Shown here: one piece after another, positions 60,060 to 64,000 of the stretch
How positions within the stretch are numbered: position 1 is the first letter of the stretch
Layout: each line of letters opens with the position of its first letter
The notes under the pieces: generated by a model
Database searches by the model: none
Seen by the model: only the letters and a program-made list of their open reading frames with translations
What the model was told of the DNA's origin: nothing
Source: Candidatus Latescibacterota bacterium
GTDB lineage: Bacteria > Latescibacterota > UBA2968 > GCA-2709665
NCBI GenBank assembly: GCA_963667175.2
Contig: CAXXXF010000004.1
Span: forward strand, 256,001-320,000
Direction of reading: 5' to 3'
DNA length: 64,000 nt
Position numbers and translations under genes: made by a program

Positions 60060-61196
60060 TTAAGGCGTAAAAATCAGAATCTGATCCGTCGTCTCTTCCG
60101 TGAACGTGTGTCCATTGCCGGTATCTTTCGTTCCACCGGCAATCATCACGCGCCCGTCCGCAAGCAGCGTTACCGTAGGCGACGACCGCCACCCTATGCT
60201 GTGTCCTGTAGGAGAAAACGCGTGTGTGGCGGGGTTGTACATTACGATATCACCGTTGTGGGAGTGGACGAGCAACACCGTGCCGGAAGGCAGCAACGCC
60301 GCGGCAAGGGGATCGATGGTAGAAACGCCGGCCGGCGAAAAGGCGTTTGTTTCAGGGTCATATATCTCGGCCCTCTGCACGAAGGGCCCTTTCCCAGCGG
60401 TGCCGCCTACAATCAGAACCCTGCCGTCCTGAAGTAGCACGGCTTTATGGTTGATGCGGTCGACCTCCAGATTACCGGCCTCGGAAACGCCCCTGGACGA
60501 AGGATCGTAAATGACGTTCCGACCAACCAGCCCGTCTTCAAGTCCGCCACGCAATCCTCCAACGATCAGCACACGGCCGTCCTTCAACAGCGTCGCTGTA
60601 TGTAGCCTTCGGATTTCCTCCCTCTTGAAGATGGAGTGAAATGCGCGTGCATCCGGGTCGAAGACACCCGTGTGGTCCATGTTAGTCAGAAAGACCTCTC
60701 CGCTGGGTAGAAGCGTTGCCGTCGCGATGGTGACATTGGAAGGCACGTCCGCCACGGCCTGGAATCGCCTGGAATGAGGATCGTACATCTCAATGGGGAG
60801 CTGTCCATTTCTGGGCATGATCAGGACGCGACCGTCAGATAGCAGCATTCCATTGTCCGCGTAACGTCTGACGGTCATGGCTCCGGTTGGCGACGAGATC
60901 CCGGTTTCGGGATCGAACACTTCCGCGCTGGCGAGAGGGCCCGAGGGCCGATAAATGACGGTACCGCCCGGAGACGGATCAGGGACTTCTGCAGGTGGCT
61001 CCGCCAGGCCGCCTGCGATCAGGACCTTGCCGTCCGGCAACAATGTCGCGGTGTGCCAATGCCGAGGTTGGGTCAGCTTGCCGACCTCGTGGAGACCCCG
61101 TTCAAGGGTCGGCTGCTCCGGCGTCGTCACCGAATCCCCACCACATGCCCAAAAGCTCGAGACGACCAATAGCGCGAGTCCAATTCTGGTGGTCAT
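60060..61196 (-). CDS. Kelch-repeat beta-propeller lipoprotein (copy 3)
   Basis: Lipobox FWAC-GG; repeats HTATLL.DG.VLI.GG...AEIYDP. Confidence 0.88.
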   Translation of the reverse strand: MTTRIGLALLVVSSFWACGGDSVTTPEQPTLERGLHEVGKLTQPRHWHTATLLPDGKVLIAGGLAEPPAEVPDPSPGGTVIYRPSGPLASAEVFDPETGISSPTGAMTVRRYADNGMLLSDGRVLIMPRNGQLPIEMYDPHSRRFQAVADVPSNVTIATATLLPSGEVFLTNMDHTGVFDPDARAFHSIFKREEIRRLHTATLLKDGRVLIVGGLRGGLEDGLVGRNVIYDPSSRGVSEAGNLEVDRINHKAVLLQDGRVLIVGGTAGKGPFVQRAEIYDPETNAFSPAGVSTIDPLAAALLPSGTVLLVHSHNGDIVMYNPATHAFSPTGHSIGWRSSPTVTLLADGRVMIAGGTKDTGNGHTFTEETTDQILIFTP

Positions 61197-61228
61197 TTTG
61201 TGTCTCCTTTCTGACAGAAGGCTGGCGA

Positions 61229-61257
61229 GGCGGGCAGACAGGAATGTCTGCCCCACC
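61229..61257. repeat. REP-like palindrome GGCGGGCAGACAGGAATGTCTGCCCCACC (also 62445-62473, 63669-63697)
   Basis: Three near-identical copies, one upstream of each Kelch gene. Confidence 0.88.
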
Positions 61258-61302
61258 TTCACTCCGGTTTCCTCAGATTTGCAGTGACGGCTCCTGTGTC
61301 TC

Positions 61303-62412
61303 TCATGGCGTGAAAATGAAAATCTGATCCGAAATGGACTCATGAGAATGATTGACATCACTCCACTTCAATCCGCCGACGATAACGACGCGCCCGTCAT
61401 CGAGGAGCGTCACGGTCGCGCCGTGTCGCCACGGTCCTATGCTGTGTCCTGTAGGTGAAAATACCTGAGTGTCCGGATTATACAGTGCGATCTTGCCGTT
61501 GTCCCGATGGATGAAAAACACCCTGCCTGACGGCAGCAGCAGGGCGGCTAACGGATCCATTACGGACGTTCCGGCGGGCGAGAAGCTGTTTGTTTCGGGG
61601 TCGTAGATCTCGGCCGTCTGTACGCGAGGCCCGTCTCCGACCTGGCCGCCGACGATCATTACCCTGCCGTCCTGAAGGAGCACCGCCTTGTGGTGTGCGC
61701 GGTCGAACTGAAGGTCGCCTGCTCTTGAAAAGGCTTCGGACGAGGGATCGTAGATCAGATTCCGTCCGGTCAACTCGATTCCCCTGCGGGCTCCTCCAAC
61801 GATCAACACCCGGCCGTCCTTCAGCAAAGTCGCCGTATGGCCATAGCCGGGATGGTCTATCGCGTTTGTGTCGGAAAATGTACCTGACGCGGGATCGAAG
61901 ACACGCGCGCGCCCCGCGGATGACGCGCCGATTAAAAGGACCTCTCCGTTGGGCAACAGGGTGGCGGTCCGGGCTCCATTTGACCAGGGCGCGTCTGCCA
62001 CGGCGTCGAATCTGCCGGAGTGAGGGTCGTACATCTCAATAGGGAGTCTAAGAAATCTGGATATCATCAGGACCCGACCTTCAGCAAGCAATATCCCGTG
62101 GTCGTCCCATCGACTGGCGGTCAGGTCTCCCGTTGGTGTTGAGACCCCGGTTTCAGGATCGAAAATCTCCGCGCTGACAAGACCGTTGGGCATGAAAAGT
62201 ACACCATGTTCAGCAGGAGGCATTTCCGCGTTGCCGCCGGCAATCAGGACTTTACCATTCTGCAATAGCATCGCGACATGCTCAGATCTGGGTTGCGTCA
62301 TATTGCCGACCTCGCGGAGACCCCGTTCAAGGTCCGGCGCCGTCACCGAATCGCTTCCGCAAGCGCAGAAGCTCGCGACGACAAACAGCTTTATTACGAT
62401 TCTGGCGGTCAT
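61303..62412 (-). CDS. Kelch-repeat beta-propeller lipoprotein (copy 2)
   Basis: FCAC-GS lipobox; Kelch repeats; DQIFIFTP end shared with paralogs. Confidence 0.88.
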   Translation of the reverse strand: MTARIVIKLFVVASFCACGSDSVTAPDLERGLREVGNMTQPRSEHVAMLLQNGKVLIAGGNAEMPPAEHGVLFMPNGLVSAEIFDPETGVSTPTGDLTASRWDDHGILLAEGRVLMISRFLRLPIEMYDPHSGRFDAVADAPWSNGARTATLLPNGEVLLIGASSAGRARVFDPASGTFSDTNAIDHPGYGHTATLLKDGRVLIVGGARRGIELTGRNLIYDPSSEAFSRAGDLQFDRAHHKAVLLQDGRVMIVGGQVGDGPRVQTAEIYDPETNSFSPAGTSVMDPLAALLLPSGRVFFIHRDNGKIALYNPDTQVFSPTGHSIGPWRHGATVTLLDDGRVVIVGGLKWSDVNHSHESISDQIFIFTP

Positions 62413-62505
62413 TTTGTATCTCCTCTCGGACAGAACGCTGAAGAGGCGGGCAGACAGGAATGTCCGCCCCACCTTCGCTACGGATTCCTCAGATTGAGAT
62501 CGCGC

Positions 62506-63609
62506 TTAAGGCGTAAAGATGAAGATTTGGTCCGTCATCTCCCAATTGTCGTTTTGCGTCACCCTGATGCCACCGGCGACCATGACACGGCCGTCTTCAA
62601 GCAGTGTAACCGTTGCCCACTGCCGCAGCGACCCCAGGCTGTGTCCGGTAGGTGCAAATGTATGTGTGGCGGGATCGTACAGCACGATATCGCCATTGAG
62701 CCGGTGGATGAGAAATACCTTGCCGGTCGGAAGCAGCGTGGCTGCGACCGGCTGGATGAGGGAAGTTCCGGCCGGTGAAAACGTATTGGTTTCAGGGTCG
62801 TAGATCTCGGCCGTCTGTACCTGAGTCTGCTGATCGGCCTTCAGGCCGCCCGCGATCAGGACCCTGCCATCCTGGAGAAGCACCGCTTTATGGGCCGAGC
62901 GGTCGAACTGTAATTCGCCGGCTTTCGTAAACGCGTTCGTCGAGGGATCGAAAATCAGATTTCGTCCGACCAAACCGTCTTCAGGTCGACCGCGCGTTCC
63001 ACCAACGATCAGCACGCGACCGTCCTTCAACAGCGTCGACGTATGGCCGAAGCTGCGATCGTCAGTCGCGACGATCGAGGGAAATGTCCCGGTTCCCGGG
63101 TCGAAGACACCCGTGTGCTGCGGGTTCGTTGCAAAGACCTTTCCGCTGGGAAGCAGGGTTGCCGTCGCGATGGCCGGATTCGCGGGTACGGTCGCCACGG
63201 CGCTGAAGCTGCCCGTACCTGGATCGTAATATTCAATGGGGAAACGACCAAGCCGCGACATAATCAGGACCCGACTGTCCGGAAGCAGGATTCCCTTGTC
63301 ATTGTAACGACCCACGGTCAGGTTCCCCGTTGGCGATGAAATCCCGGTTTCAGGATCGAATATCTCCGCGCTGATATGGCGATTCGATTCGTCTGCGATA
63401 TTGGGGAGCAGTTCTCTGTAGCCGCCTGCGATCAGGACCTTGCCACTCTGCAATAACGTTGCGACGTGCATACCCCGCCGGTGATTCATAGCGCCGACCT
63501 CGTGGAGACCCCGTTCAAGGGCCGGCGGCTCCGGCGTCGTTACCGAGTCCCCACCGCAGGCACACAAACCGGAAATAACAAACAGCATTATTGCGATTCT
63601 GGCGGTCAT
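62506..63609 (-). CDS. Kelch-repeat beta-propeller lipoprotein (copy 1)
   Basis: LCAC-GG lipobox; Kelch repeats. Confidence 0.88.
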   Translation of the reverse strand: MTARIAIMLFVISGLCACGGDSVTTPEPPALERGLHEVGAMNHRRGMHVATLLQSGKVLIAGGYRELLPNIADESNRHISAEIFDPETGISSPTGNLTVGRYNDKGILLPDSRVLIMSRLGRFPIEYYDPGTGSFSAVATVPANPAIATATLLPSGKVFATNPQHTGVFDPGTGTFPSIVATDDRSFGHTSTLLKDGRVLIVGGTRGRPEDGLVGRNLIFDPSTNAFTKAGELQFDRSAHKAVLLQDGRVLIAGGLKADQQTQVQTAEIYDPETNTFSPAGTSLIQPVAATLLPTGKVFLIHRLNGDIVLYDPATHTFAPTGHSLGSLRQWATVTLLEDGRVMVAGGIRVTQNDNWEMTDQIFIFTP

Positions 63610-63712
63610 CTTCTTTCCCCCGCGTCAACGGTACTGTGAGTGAGAAGTCTACGCAATCGCGCCGGCGTGGCGGGCAGACAGGAATGTCTGCCCCACCTTC
63701 AAATCGGTTCCC

Positions 63713-64000
63713 TCAGGACCCGGATTGGGACTCGGTCCTGCCGTTCTCACGGCTGATGTCGATTGGCGCGTATATCCTGAATCCTGTGGAGCCGTTCTTT
63801 CGTCTATCACGGCTCGACGATTCTTTCTGACCCACCGGACCCATCGGCCTTCCGTTTTCCGCCCTCGTCGCCACCCCAGATTCCGCGGATCCGTTGCGGC
63901 GCGACCGAAGCGCCTCCAGCTTCTCCACAAACAGGTCGAGCATTTGGAACAGGAATTCTTCGTAAGTCCGTTCCGCGCCCCGCCCGGTGGCCCCTTCGTT
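63713..64000 (-). CDS. Hypothetical protein, C-terminal part (runs off the window)
   Basis: Frame is open to base 64000 (...ERTYEEFLFQMLDLFVEKLEAL...). Confidence 0.5.
   Translation of the reverse strand, partial: NEGATGRGAERTYEEFLFQMLDLFVEKLEALRSRRNGSAESGVATRAENGRPMGPVGQKESSSRDRRKNGSTGFRIYAPIDISRENGRTESQSGS

Noticed and set aside
60060-63609. Diversity-generating retroelement acting on the Kelch genes
   Set aside because: No reverse transcriptase and no TR/VR pair with adenine-specific differences; the divergence looks like ordinary paralog drift.

Overview
A GC-rich bacterial chromosome segment. The heparinase-like lyases, Gfo/Idh/MocA oxidoreductases and Kelch lipoproteins would fit a Latescibacterota/Gemmatimonadota-like, possibly sponge-associated organism, but that assignment is inference only. 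In order, the window holds: the end of nuoN; a complete F1Fo ATP synthase operon (atpZ/I-atpI-B-E-F-H-A-G-D-C); a nitroreductase; a lower-GC toxin-antitoxin/defence hotspot (10.0-18.8 kb); a mostly minus-strand catabolic block with two heparinase II/III-like lyases, a GxxExxY gene, folE2 and cutC; a split PspA/DUF4178/DUF350/spermidine-synthase cluster; recJ; an AT-rich island (degenerate IS1595 transposase, frameshifted NYN RNase behind a structured leader, IS3-like element); and three tandem Kelch lipoproteins. The hotspot contains MNT-HEPN, a truncated Fic, a three-gene cassette ending in a ComEC-type metallo-beta-lactamase nuclease cut by IS1380, a group II intron remnant, two Fic genes, and an MNT whose HEPN partner has collapsed. 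Best candidates for undescribed systems: (1) the three-gene 'FNP-motif / WEGYV / MBL-nuclease' cassette; (2) a nested hierarchy of miniature mobile DNA, in which 19-33 bp CCTG...CAGG palindromes insert without duplication into MITEs, other repeats and each other, with filled and empty sites both visible; (3) an NYN nuclease with a 5' structured RNA. All family calls come from motif recognition, not database searches.
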